Below are positions 25,361-38,600 of a DNA stretch of 64,000 nucleotides, in pieces. Made by a program: the position numbers and the translations under genes. Source of the stretch: Raillietiella orientalis (taxonomy: Eukaryota); assembly GCA_036172245.1 (NCBI GenBank), contig JAYWIR010000009.1, positions 3,038,001 through 3,102,000 on the forward strand, given 5' to 3'. Position 1 is the stretch's first letter. Each line of letters starts with the position of its first letter. The notes beneath the pieces were generated by a model, which worked only from the letters and a program-made list of their open reading frames with translations, was not told the origin of the DNA and ran no database searches.

Positions 25361-27290
25361 TATTATTTGTTGAATTTTGAATTATTTACTACATTTAAAC
25401 CTCAGCATATCGCCATGTAAAACTCTGCTGGACTCGTTTACGCATAAGACATTTATTTTGACAGCAAAAAATCAACTTTGACCTCTCCTCAGAGCTGTGC
25501 ACCCCGCACTTGACGTCAGCAGCAATGTACCTTAAACAAAAGGGTTTCTTCGATGAGGACGCCATGTCCAACAACACCATCTCGAAATCGAAGATAGGCT
25601 AGACAAAGCTGATGGGATCCATCCCCTATTTATGATCGGTCCCTTCGGCCCCCTGTCGTATTCCCGCAGCATTATTCTTCTCACCGCTGGGCTTTCCTGG
25701 AACACGAACTGCACCTGTCGCCATAGGCATCTGGACCACCTCCACCAGATCCACCGTTCCTTGGATTCCGCGGAGGTGCAGTCTCAAGAAGACGGCGATG
25801 GGCACCTCGACCTCCTCTGTTCTCACCGGGGCTGCCTTGCGGCGCCGTTTATCGGAGATGGTTCGCATCAGAGATGGGCTCCCAGTCAAATGTCCGCGGC
25901 CAGGGAGAAGACGCGTGAGATTAAACATCCGCAACCCCGAACCGGAAACGGAAATCAACAGGCGGCGCGCAACACGGCAGACTCGTCCGGAGCAACAAAC
26001 GCTCAGCGATCGGAAAGGCCTAGCATCTTCCAGATTCTTCTTCCTAAACGTAACTATGAACTTTTTTGCCCTGCTTTGCCCGTTATGTCCCAAAGGGGAA
26101 GGAGAGGAAAAGGGTGCATCGGCATTGCTTAGGAGGGATGCATTCGGAGGTTCGACGAAGTGTAGCCGTCGGGATGCAGTCCTTTGGACGCCCGTTTCCG
26201 CGTCCCTCGGCTTGCGAGAAGGCGGAGTTTTTCCAGCCGCCTTTCTTTTCCATCCCGACGTCCCTGCCAACGTGTTACGGTTGGCTTCCCGACTGCCCTC
26301 CGAGGAAGGACGGTCTGGAAGCGGGCTGCGTGCCACTTTCTAAATGAATCCCGGCGATGTTAGGGGAGCCATCGGAAAGCAGGAAAAAGTTTCCCGTTCC
26401 CCGGGGCGACGATCCTCCGACGGGAAACGCAGATTCCGGCAGCACACGTCATTCCTGGAGGCTTCTCGCAGGTCCGCGCTTCCCGGCGGTGGCGCGGCCG
26501 CCGGGAGCGTCCTTTCGTCTCCCTCGCGACCACGCGACCGGGGTGACGTAATCGCGCGTCTCGTTCCCCATTGTTGCGCAGCCTGGTTCTGCAAAACCGT
26601 CTTCCGACGAAGGCCTGCCTCTCCACCCCGAGTCTCTCTGGCAACCGTTTTGCTCCCGCGCACCCGAGATCCGGGCCCATTCCGCACAGAATCAGAAAGA
26701 GGGGTTTCGAGGGGGCGGCATGTCCCAGTTCGCATCCCTGTACCACCTAACGATTCCCGCCGGATTGATGGAACTGATGGAGGAACTGTCTCGAGAGGTG
26801 AACCCGAATTTAGCGTCCCCGGCTTGGGAATTCCAGTAGCCTTGGGATCTAATTGCACTTGCCGCTAAGGGAGATTAAGGGAGATTGGATTCGAACATTT
26901 GATAACTTGACTCTGTTTCGTGCCACTCGGAGAAAATGTAGATCGTTAGATCCGAATCCTGAGTGAAACGAATAATTATGGGAACGGCGGTGCACCTGGT
27001 CAGTCGCTTTTCCTGCCAAAGTTTACTGCAGATATTGCCTTTCACACGTTGCGAAAGGAAAAACCAGCAGCTGCAAACGTTCTTCCACACACTGGGGTGG
27101 GGTGTGGGCCCGGGCTATCAGCAGACGTTCCAGCGTCAGCCACACTTCCTGTCCCTACCCTTTGCTACACAGGTGATGTGACCACAAATTTGTGACCCTT
27201 AGGCCACAAATGCCTCTCATCAACGGCCATCTGGATCAAATGTGATCAGGGAACAAATCACTTGGAAAGATTCCTCCCGTTGTGCTGCGG

Positions 27291-27465
27291 AGATGAAGTT
27301 TTTTCTTTTAATTTATGCAAAGAAGGAAATGAAGTTTTTTTTTGGGGGGAGGGGAGAGGGGGGGATTTATGCAAAGAAAGAAGTGAAGTTCCTTTCTTTT
27401 TTTGGAAATTTATGCAAAGAAAGAAGTGAAGTTCCTTTCTTTTTTTGGAAATTTATGCAAAGGAA
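27291..27465. repeat. Imperfect tandem repeat, ~43 bp unit
   Basis: ATTTATGCAAAG at 27311, 27365, 27408 and 27451; the first three are followed by aa(g/a)gaa(a/g)tgaagtt and a T-rich tract. Confidence 0.9.
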
Positions 27466-30400
27466 TAAAAAGAGAAAACAAATTCGATTAATTTCTTTGA
27501 TTAGCATTAAAACTTTTTGCTTTTGTTGAGGTGTTTTGAAAAAGCATTCAAAATCACAGAGCAGTGAATGTTACCATTCTTGGAAATTGAATCCTATAAA
27601 GACAATCAGAACACAAAGAAATGGATATGGGAATATAAGCTGATGCTTCTCCAGTATCTTCAGAAACTCAATCCAAAGCTTAAGTCAGTTTGGTGCAAGG
27701 TTTCGAAACTCGAAAAAAAAGTCTACAAAATTATGTAGTGAGCAGCAAAGGATTTTCTTTTCTTTTCTTTTCTTTTGTCAGAAGTACTAAACATTCATGC
27801 CATCAGTCTGCTTCTATGATAAGCATTTGGTCTCACTAAAGTCGAGGTGAGAGGCAATATCAAACTATTTCTATGCAACTTTAGCGTGTGGGCTGCTGCT
27901 AAGTTGCTTTTCTTCCTTTCTGAGAAGCTCCACTCCAAATCAAAATGTGCCCATCTTCGTTTCTGCAGCTCTTCGCTGGATGCTGCATCTTGCAGGTGGG
28001 CGCATCCACAAACAAAGCGTGGATTCGGCTGCATTCTAAATGGACAGAATCCCAAGGAATACATAGGCATGATCTGAGCAGATGCTCATGGAAAATGCGA
28101 AAATTTGAATGAAGCCATACAGGAAGATGATGATGCGTATCGAGGGGAGCATGTTTCCGTGGGGCTTGGGTTCACCCAGTTAGATCTTCCATGGGGGGAT
28201 ACACCTCAGTCATTTGCAATCAGATGATTGTGTGTGCCGTTCCGGAACTGCCTGTGGGCAGACGAACCCCTGAGCGGTCTTCGTTGCGTTCTTAACATGA
28301 TTCTTCAATACTTAAACCACGAGAACCTGCCCAAGTATGAAACCGGTGTTTCTAATCAGTCCGTGATGTTGTTTTTCATCTGCGTACAGCCAAGTTTCTT
28401 TGGTTTAGGTCCTTCGCAGTCAACCTGAAGACATCTGCCTATTCTGTTATGCATATCTTCAAGCTAAACTGCAAGAGAGAGGAGAAACTGGTAAATAATT
28501 AATTCAGATAAGCAAGGGCAAAGTCATTAGCCGACGACGTCAGAGATTGGTTTTCTTCCCAGGTGTTATCTGCAGATGATACTCTGCATCCTTAAAGCAG
28601 ATGATATTTGCCGATGTCCGTCGCTTTCATTTGAATTAATCTGATTCTATTTGCGAAAGTGCGGTGTGTGTGTGTGTGTGTGTGTGTGTAGCACACATCC
28701 AGTCGGGTCTTCATCCCGAAACCAAGGTTAAATAAAACCGATTACGGCTGAGCACAAGTGTAATTAGCGTGAATAATTCTTGAGTGATTCGTTCGCATGT
28801 CTGCATTGGTTTGCAACTCTCTCCTCCCTACTTCCCCATTGCACAAGTCGCCGTGGTCGCGCCAGGAATTCCCTATCATCCTCTATCATTCAGCATGGCA
28901 CGGGACTGGCGTTTGAACACCTTGCATCCCGGATTTTTAACTTTAGAGGCGCGGAACTAACTGGAGCGCGCGCCTCCGATAGCATCGCTTCCGAAGCCCT
29001 GAGGCTGGAAACGTGGATTTCTCGTGAGCCCGGCCAGTTGGGTTCCTGTGGTTTCTGCTGCGTTTTCCTTCGGGTCTCTCAGAGAGGTGGGAGCACAGTC
29101 GATTCGCAGGCAGTTTGTTTCCTCGCTCGCGTTTGACGGCAGCGATGGTCTTCAGGCGGGCATCTGTAGGTCTTCAAGGTCGCAGGGTCCCCAGCCACCG
29201 ACCCAGGCAATTACGACAGCCCCGTCTTGACTTGATGCTATCGGGTTTTACCTTTAGAAAAGAAAGGAAAAAAGGATTGTTTCCGATCAGTCGATAGATG
29301 CACCGCACATCTTCGGTCTAAAGTTTTCACAAAGTGGGGCTGAGCGCAAGGGTGGAATTGGTAGAGTAAGGCCAGCTGGTGGAAAAAAAGAAAAAAAAAA
29401 AAAAGAAAAAACCTCAGCAAAGCTCCAAATGAGATCTGAAAATGCCGATTCCGTCCAGGCAGAGATTGCGAGCACGGCGTAAACAAGGCAGAGGATCGTC
29501 TGCGTATCGCGTTTTCTCTTCGGAAACGAGAGATTTCACGTCCGCACGCTCTCGGTCCATGCGATGGCTCCTCGGACGGTCAAAGCAAGCTTAACGGAGT
29601 TCCCAGGTTTTGTTTTCGCCCACTCGGCGAGCCTTCCGCAAAGGTGGAGTTGGGCCGTGTTTTGCGCAGTTCGGTCAAGCCGAGCAGGAACGAGAGTGAG
29701 ATGACCCCCCGCCCCCCCCCCCCCGTTCTTGTTCCCGCCGCGGATCGGCGACAGACCGCAGATGCAGCAACTGCTCAGCGTCCAGGTCTCATGCCTCCGT
29801 CAGCGTCACCCTGGGAAACGATCGAGATTTGCTGCTATTTTCCCACCTTCTCCAGATGTTCGTTCCTCGAATCCGGGGATGACTCGGTCGTCTAAGCCTC
29901 GTTAAATAACCCTACAGCTTGAGCTCTGTCGCTGTTTCCTAAAGTTCAGCTTCCAGGAAGAAACTCTTTGGCTGCGCAAACTGTCCTCCTGAGAATCCCT
30001 TCTCATTTCCCAGCCCCCGCAGTCCTCGTTCTGAGCCCTCTTGCTCCGATCTGGCGTTTCCTTTTTTCCGTACGTACCACGCCCTCTCCGAGGCTTTCCA
30101 TCCCCATGCCATCAACTTCAGCCCGTTGCGCGACGAATTCCATGACTTCGAGGTATTTCGGTTCCCGAATTTCCGCTTAGGAGGAAAAGGAAATTCGGGA
30201 AGTCGCTGCAAAACCAGGTAGGTGAGGACCAAGCCAACTGGCGTGTAGGTTTCGACTCCAAACTGCCCAGATGTGCGAATAGGATGCTGATGGAAAGGAA
30301 AAAAAAAAAAAAAAAAAAAAAAAACAGACCCCTCTGAAGGGGGGGGTTTTGGTTTTATCTTCCTCCATTGATGAGATCGAACAGAGCGGAGTAGCGCTGG

Positions 30401-30499
30401 CGGGAAGCGGGCGACGACTTTTTCGAGTTTGTTCTGCTTTGTGTGGCAGCCGTGGAGGCAGAGGTCTTAAAAAAAAATGCAACGCGCACACACAGAGAG

Positions 30500-31200
30500 G
30501 GAGGGAGGGATGAAATCCCTTTCTCCTTTTTACTTGTCCTTTCGTCCACGGTCTGCTCGACTCGCAGGCCGCCGTTGAGGATCTGAGGTGCACGTCATGC
30601 GCCTTCCCGCGTATGCGAATGTCAGCAGCACCGCAGGTCTCAGACGATCTGGTGCTGCGGGAACGCCAAAGAAGAAAGAGGCCAGTCTGAGGACGTGAGA
30701 CCTCAGTCAGACGCCTGAATAAGTAGCCGAGCGACCGCCGCAGATTTTCCGCAGGCAGTCGAGATTCGCGTCGTCTCTTCTCGTCTTCCTGCACCCTCCC
30801 CCCCCTTCCCCCCCGTCTTCGCCTTCGTTGCCGGGGACCCTGTCTGTCGCTTCCTGCTCTCTGTCGTTGCTCCAGACCCAGATCTCTGGGTTCATCGATG
30901 GTTTGGAACGAGTGGGGGCTGAGAACAAACGAGTAGACATCCCGGTTACTTGAAGAGTCCTGACGAGTGAGAAACGCGAGCTGTCCGGTGAAGCACGAAA
31001 GCGATGGGGCACGGTCCCCGACCCATGAACAAAAGTGCAAGCCCCCACCCGGTGTGTCCAACTAGGTAGGAGCTTTTCAAAAGTGTATCGCCTGTACGAC
31101 GAACAGTTTGTCGCGCGTCCTCCGTCCCTCTCGGCACGCCTGGGGCTCGTCGAACCAATCCCCCTCAACGAGGGGCGCGCCCCCGCGCTCAAGCGGGGTC
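30500..31200 (-). mobile_element. Possible decayed CR1/L2-type LINE reverse-transcriptase fragment
   Basis: DKLFVV...LHFCSW...LAFLTRQ...YSFVL...TIDEPRDLGL...RRSLGYLFRRL...PQTGLFLL follows the order KLF..W..F.R..Y...RDLG...LG.I.R...LY of the CR1 RT C-terminus. Confidence 0.35.
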
Positions 31201-32034
31201 ACCTCTGTTGGGAAGAAACGAAAGGAGGATGCACCGCACTTCTCGTGTTTCCTCCTTTCCCTGCGGTTCCTTCTAAAAGTCATCCACCTGTTCTCTCACG
31301 TTCAGGGTCCTCTTCCCCTCGAGTAGGAACGCCGGGAGATTCCTAAATCCCAAGGCAACACGGCGTCTCTCCCTTCCCCAGCTGTGGACCGAAAGCAAAG
31401 GACCCAACCGGCCTCCGCGACTGCCCGTCGTGCGAATTTTCCGGGCACCCTCGAGCGTCGTCGTGGCTCGAGACTTTTGCTACCCGATCTCGGGTTGTCG
31501 GGAACCGGGCGTCCCGTGTCCCTGGGAAGCGCGGCGTTTCACCCCAGCCTTTCGATCCCAGAGGCGAGCCTCTCTCTCCCTCCGGAACGAATCCGTCCTT
31601 GCTGACCTGCAGCCCGTCGGCCCCGCCACCGCCGTGGACGCCGGGAAACCTCAGCGGGACTGGACGCGGACGGCAGGGCCGAGGCCGCGAGCTATCTTCC
31701 TGTTCCCTCGGGATTCGCCCTTCCTGTTCGCTCGATCCTGTCGGAGGGAAGGGGGGAGGGGGACTTGGGACCGAGGCGAAGCTTCGCTGACCCGACGGCG
31801 GAACGAGGCAACGTTGACGGGGCAGACGCGCAGTTTCGTTCGGTCCGTTTCACCAACGACCGCGGTCTCAAGAATGGGGGAGACCACCCCCACGAAGCAG
31901 GAAAACTGCCGCCCATCAGCAGAACCGTCCGTCTCTTGGAGGATCCACTCGCCGTGGATGCCGCGACCACCGGGAAAAAGGAAGAGAACGACTCGTCTCC
32001 ACGTGTGCCGATCGAAGCCCCCAACGATCATGAG

Positions 32035-32630
32035 ATCATGACATTCATACGAATCTATAGATGTATCTATATCTATAGATGGATATGTGGATAGATAGAT
32101 GGATACGTAGATAGATATAGATATATTACAAAGATTATTAGAAAACAAATATGCGTGTTTATTATGTATACATACATATTTATCAGTATTCATTGATAGA
32201 CATTCAGCGACAGTCATATTTTAACATGTATTTTTATTGACGTGCATATTATTACTATAATTAATAATTCGTTTGTTATATATATTAATATAACAAATTG
32301 TTTGCTTTCTTATTTTTTCCCATTATTTTTCATTGTCACAATTATTTTTTACTTTTCAAAGTTCGATATAATAAATGCGTATTAAATGAATATGTAATAC
32401 GCATTTATTATATACAAGTACACATATATATTATCTTTAACGTATGTATTATTCATTATATTAATAATATGCACGTTGATAAGCATATATGTTAAAAATA
32501 ATATTACTGTTAATGCTATCTATATCAGTGAATATCAATAAATACGTTTGAATAAATTTGTATATTAATCTATCTGTAAATACATATACATAGTAATGTA
32601 TAAAATGAGCATACATATTTATGTCTTGTG
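32035..32630. mobile_element. AT-rich foldback/MITE-like element with long diverged inverted repeats
   Basis: 32174-32270 aligns with the reverse complement of 32446-32547 (ttaacatgtatttttattgacgtgcatattattactataattaataat versus ttaacatatatgcttatcaacgtgcatattattaatataatgaataat); sharp AT island within GC-rich flanks. Outer limits approximate. Confidence 0.65.
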
Positions 32631-35600
32631 ATGGTACGGGATTTCGACACTCGGTATTTTGCCCATCTGCGCTTGGACTGCGCCGCGAAAGGAAAGTCAG
32701 TGTCGCTGCTGCTGGGGCGTCTTTGCCAACGGGGCCGTGGAGGCGAGCGCCGTTCCCCCTGGAGCGGGGGCGTGCGAGGGCGGAAACTCGTGGGGCCGCC
32801 GCGCGGGAAGCGGGTAGGACCTGCACTCGCTCAGGCTCGGGTTCCGCTCGAAGCTTGCGGGGACTAGTCACGGAAGCGGTGGGTCGGAGGCGAGGTCAAG
32901 TGCTCCGCGTGCCGTCCCCCTGCTGAGCGGCGCGCTGCGAAGGGGCGCCATGGCACCAACGCGTTCCGCAGAGGAGCGGCACTTTTCTCCCGCGCGTGGG
33001 AGAAAGAAGGGTCGTCCGGACTGAGACCGACTGGCGAGGGCCGACCGATTCGTCAACGAGGGGCCTCCCCGGCGAGCATCCGAACGGCCGTCCCGTCGTC
33101 GTGGGCAACCGGAAAGCTTGCAGGCCGTCGCCCAGCCGGGCGCGCGGCGAAGGCGCTTGCAGGTGCGGAACGGGGAGCCAGCGGCGCATCCCGGAACGCC
33201 TGCTTCCGCGAGGGAAGGGAGGCTGGCGGGACGAAGCATCGGACAAGCAAACGAAAACGACGACAGGTGGCAGCAGCAGCCACGCGAGCGAAGCGTGTCT
33301 GCTACGCGAGCCAGCCAGGGGCTCCACCGGCTCCCCTCCGCGTACCACACTGCCCGACTGACCATGCGACCGGCGGGGCATAAACGTTCAGACGTCACGG
33401 GACGAGAATTCCCGAGGAGCAGCATCGAGATGAGAAGAAAGCGGGATGAACCACAGCGCGGAACGGAGCGGTGACGCCACCTTGAGCTCCGATTGGCTTC
33501 AGCAGAAAGCCAGCGATTCTGCGCCGCCTCGGATCCTGCGCGAACCGGCAGGGCGTTGGCAAGGCGGAGTGGCGCTCCTTCGCCGTGCCGACCGCTCAGG
33601 GGGCGTACAGGTTTCACGGGAGCTCCGTATCGAGGCAAGCCCTGGCGGAGCGGCTGCGCCGGTCGCCGCCTCGCCCGCGGCGCCTGCCCTCGCGACCGGC
33701 TGCAGGGACGGGCATGCCGAGCGGGAAGTCTCCTTGGCTTCGTCCGAGCTGCCTCCTGTCGGCGCGGGGCGGTTGCGCACGCAGAGCTCGGAGGCAGGAA
33801 AATGTCGGCCAAGGGGAAGCAGGGCGCGTGGAGTGCCAGCCCAGGAGGACGCGAAGTAGCCTGCTGAGGAGCAACCCCCTGAGAGCGGGTCGCACTCCTC
33901 TGCCCGGTTCGCCGGGAGGCGGTGGGTGCGCCAGGGTGCCCGGGCCCTAGGTCCGTCGTCGCCGACCGCGCCGGTCACCGGCTGGCTACGTGCCTCAAGG
34001 CGGAACCTACGATCGTGGGTCTTCCGCGCGGCTCCCCTCCCTGCAAGACGGGCGACCTGCCGCGGGAGGCCAGCGGCCTCGCAGCCGACGAGCCGAGCAC
34101 CCATTTGACGACGACGACCAGTCGTTCGCGCCGCCCAGCTCTCTCAGCGGCGGGAAGATCCCGCACGGGGCAAAGACTCTCTCCTCATTCCAGCGAGTGC
34201 CGGTCCAGAGATGCTGCGTCGAAGAGAGGAGATCTTTCGAGGGTGGCATCTCCGGAAAGGGGCGCTCGCTGCACGGTCCGGTTCCAGGGATGGGATGGGA
34301 CGGGACGACGGGCCGCCCCGTCCCCGGAACCGGACCGCCCGGTCACTTCCGGGTGGCTCCAGGACTGCGTCTTCCTCTGCGAGGCCAAGGGCGCGAGTCG
34401 CTTCTTGCCGAACCTTCTTTTGCGAGGGAAGTGGAGACGCCGGAGGGTGTGCTGAACACCGCGACAGCGACGGCGCCGGGAATCGCAGAAGCGGCCCACG
34501 AAGACTTCCCGCGTCAGCAGGCGGGGATGACGCACTCCTTTCCCCACCAGCAAAGATGGCCGAGAGAGATGCGGGGGAGGCAAACTTTAGAGTTCTTTAA
34601 AAGTGCACGTTTCCGTGGGGACAATGAAGGGGGGGGGGAGTGCGGTGCAGTCGTTCCGTCGTCAGGGAGACCAGGAGTGATGTGTTCGGCGTCCCCTCGA
34701 AGAGTGTATGACCCCGTGCATCGCCTGCCGGCGGGTTTCCTCCCTCCGGTCTCGATCAAGTGACCCACGCGCGATCCGCAGCCGTCCGATCCCGGAAGTC
34801 GCAACAGTGCTCTAAGAGACCGACCCACTTACGAGTGCCCTTTCAGGACCCGGGGATGCCGCGCGACTTGAGGACCTCTTGGAAGGCAGCCCGCCGCCCG
34901 CCGAGGACCACTACACCCTGAAGCTGGTGAGGAAGAGATACAACGAGCTGCTGAAGCTCCTGCTCGACAGCTGAGGACGGAGGAGGAAGGGCGGCCTCTG
35001 GGAGCCGCGGCGGTGCCACCTCCCCGCTGGCACCGCGCTGACGTCAGCGTGATCCGCCAGGCAGCTCGCCCAGAATGCGGGGAGGAGCAGCAACAATGGG
35101 ATTCCCGCCCACGGACCAGTCTCCTTCATTCCGCCCCTCCGGAGGCGCTCCGGGGACGACGACGAGGTCGGCCCTGGCGGGCCTCCGCGAGAGGAGGAGA
35201 GGCCCACCAGCCCTTCTCCCCTTTCCGCATGCCGACGGTCCCGACGCCGAGAGGCGCTGAAGCAGGTGCGAGGGGGCGCCCTCCGAGACCCCCTCGTCGG
35301 CAACGTCGATCACCTCCCGTGCGGCCCGCCGGCCCTGTCACACCCGGGGACAGGCACCCGGGTACGGCGATCGCGCGACTCCCCTTCGACCTGCCCGCTT
35401 TCGGGAGGCCTCCGGTCCCCCTCGTGGAAGGGGCGAAAGGGCGCTTCCGGCCACAGCGCCACGGACCTGCAGCGGGAGGGTGAGCGGAAACAGGGTGGCC
35501 CCTTCTCCATTCCGTTGGCACATGCGACACCCGTTAGTTAGCCGCTCAAGCGCCAGGGGCGCTGTGCCGACCCATGGATCCGAAAGGAGCCTCCTTCCGG

Positions 35601-38600
35601 ACAACAGCAGGTCGGGCCCCGGGGGTGCAGGGAAACAACACCGGCGGATGCGGTCAAAACGGACGCCTTTCAAGGGCTTGGTGACTCCCTGCCTGCCGTC
35701 CGCGGACAGGGAGACAGGTGAAGGGCCGGGACCTGCAGGAGCAACCAGCGGAACGACCGACGACACGATAGGAAAACGTCTCCGCTCCGGACGTTTTCCC
35801 CTTGCCCCTGGGCGTCTTCCTCCTGACCTCTCCCCCCAAGCCGCTCTTTGAGGAGTGCCTCTCCAGCGGGCGCTGCCTCCGCGCCGAATGCGACCCGCCC
35901 AATGACGCAGGTCAGATCCGCAAGAGCGTCCGCCGCTCTCCTCGGACCTCCTCAGGCAGGCGAAGGGGACTTCGGGAAGGGAACCGCGCGCTGCCTGCCG
36001 GCTGCGGAAACTCTGCCGCGCACCCTCGTGGCTGCAGCCCGTCTCGATGGGTCTACAGATGTTACCCACCGTTGCCCGGGCGCACAAGCGCCGAGCAGGC
36101 GGTTGCGCGCGCACGCGTTCTCATGCGAGCGTGCGGCCGTTTCGACCCCTTCGTTTCCGGCACGCCAACGCAGGCGAGGATCCCCCCCCCCCCGTCTGCG
36201 GTGGAACGTTCTGCCAAGGGCAGACGTTCGTCTTTCGTAAACGTCGAGCTTTCTTTGCTCCCGCGAACGAAGCTGCCCGGCAGCCCGCGAGCTCCTCGGC
36301 GGGTCCAGGGTGTCGAGAACGGGAACGGCTGTCCACCGCCCTTCACCTGATGCGCTTCACGGAATGGTCGATCCTACCTGCCTGCCGTCTGTCGGCGAAC
36401 CGGGAAAGCTATGAAGCTGAAAGAGGAAATGGAGGGCAGCACACAATCGTGGGTTGATGACGAATGGAACAAGAATAGATAGGTTGCTGTTGCTGAGGGG
36501 GGATGGTAAAAACTTGTTGAACCAAATGGTCGATTCTGATTTCTTTCTTTTTTTTTGGACTGCAACGGCATAGTGAACGAACTGAATGCAAGTTGGCACC
36601 TTGTCCAAGAGAGCGAAATTCTTCTTAGGCATGAGGGACGACCACTTCCCGGATGGATTGCACTTTCAGAGGGAAAATCAACGAAGAGTGAGCCTTGGGA
36701 GGAGCAGGAGAACCGCAGCAGCTGGGGCGCTCGCGCTGAGGGCTTTTTCCCAGCTCTCCTTCTCGTGGAAAAGGAAGAGCAGCTTCCGCTCTCTTCTTCT
36801 GCTTGGGAAGACGAACAAGAGGAATTCGCACTTGGTGTGCACCGGGGTCATTCCACCCCTTGACCCGGTAATCGTGCACGGGAAGTACTCTACCGCTTGA
36901 TAGGGGAACCATCAATCCTGCCCGGGAAGCCGTCGTCTCGTGCCAGTCAGAGCTCACGTTGCTAACGGGCGTTTGGAACCAACGCGCTGCCATCGCCTGA
37001 CTTCCCTGCCATTCTTCCCGATCCGCGGCAGAATCGAGTGCAGACTTTTTCCGAGGAAGGCTTGCAGGCAAACACCCCGAAACATGGAAACGAAGGCGCC
37101 TTTCTTCGCTCCTCACGCTATTTCCGAGCTATTTCTGGCGACCGCCAGCTGCTGCCGGCCATCCTTCAAACGGGAGGCCAAATTTGACGTCAGCACGCGC
37201 ATATTTAATTCGGAATAATTCCGTTCGTCGCTTGCGGTGCGCCTTCGCCAGCCGACATCCAAGGCGCTGACGATCGAAGAATTCGGTGCCTGCGGTACGC
37301 AGCTGGAAGGAGGGAAGTCGCCGTGACCCGAAGCTGCCTTCGCGTAGCCACGCCGCCCCGGGCAAGGGTGTGTGGGCACCTGTTCCGGCGGGAGAAAAAA
37401 AAAAGAGGAAACAACGAACACCCTCACGAAAAAGTGGTCTCGCGTTCGGATGAAGATCCAGGTTCCCTCATCCTTGATCTGGGAGAACAGTTCGCCTCCG
37501 GCTGAAACCTGCCCTGATCCGTCGTCGCCAAGCAACCCTTCGGACACCGCCGGACTGGCAAGGGATGAGGGAGGAGGGCTGCGGGGGAGGAGGAAGACGG
37601 TGGAGGGGTGCAAGGTAACGATCAGATGGGATGGAAACGTCCGGCTGACAGCTGCACGCAAAAATTCATTCCTTATTTCCGACGACACTTTCCATCTTCC
37701 GTTGCCAATGTCGCGCCATTTTCTCTGATCATCCGCTTTGCCTCAAAAGCTCGCGTTTGTCCGAAACTGGCGCTTCCCGAACGGGATCCAACACCTATTT
37801 TGCTGTTCACCTCCATGCCAGGCGCAGAACCCGATTCCGACTTCGAGCTCCCAAGTGACTCCGCGGAGTCGGAAGTTGAACCCGGTGGGCCTCAAAGATA
37901 CCGAATCAGGGTCGAGAAAGGAATTTCGTTTCGAAGAAAGCTGGCGAACGATCCGGAAAGTTCCACAGGTCGAACAGCCGTTCGAAAACGAACGGATCTG
38001 CGTAGAGGTGCGCCTCAACACCGCCGCAGGGCACAAAACGAGGGCGGCGTCGGGGGGAACGCAAAGCGCATCGCGCAACGATCCGGTGGACATCGGACTT
38101 CTGCAGAAGAGACGCCTTTTCCAAAAACGGGTTCTTCTTGAAACCGATGCCTCCAACATCTTGAGGACCGCACTTTTTGCCGGAAAGCATCGCAGGACGC
38201 GCACAAAACAGGAAAGAATTTGCATCGCCGCATGGGTTCCTTTCACTCCCTTCGGTCGTCACCCATGAAACCACAACATGAAGCAATCCTCGAAGAGTCA
38301 ACCGGACGTATACCGAAATTCGTGGTGTTGCGCACATCCTCACCGCATGATGCTGCCACGGGACCCGTGGGGCTCCCGTCCGCCTTTTTGGTCCCAAGCC
38401 CACTTCACCGTGTCTTGCCGGACGCGTGCAGCGAAAGCCGCGCGGCGGAAGAGCGACGCGACCTCGGAAGGAAGAGCCCGGGAAGACCCCTCTTTTCCTC
38501 AGGACGTTTTCCGTTCGGCGCCTTTGGCGTCCGCGGTGCGGGGCGAGGAGGGAAGGGTGGGGGGCGGCGATGTCGCGCCCAAGCAGAAAGCGTCTTTGCG

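Noticed and set aside
25609..25870. Peptide IGDGSHQ encoded on both strands ~250 bp apart with synonymous differences
   Set aside because: Similarity does not extend beyond 21 nt and the minus-strand copy is preceded by a stop; compatible with chance.
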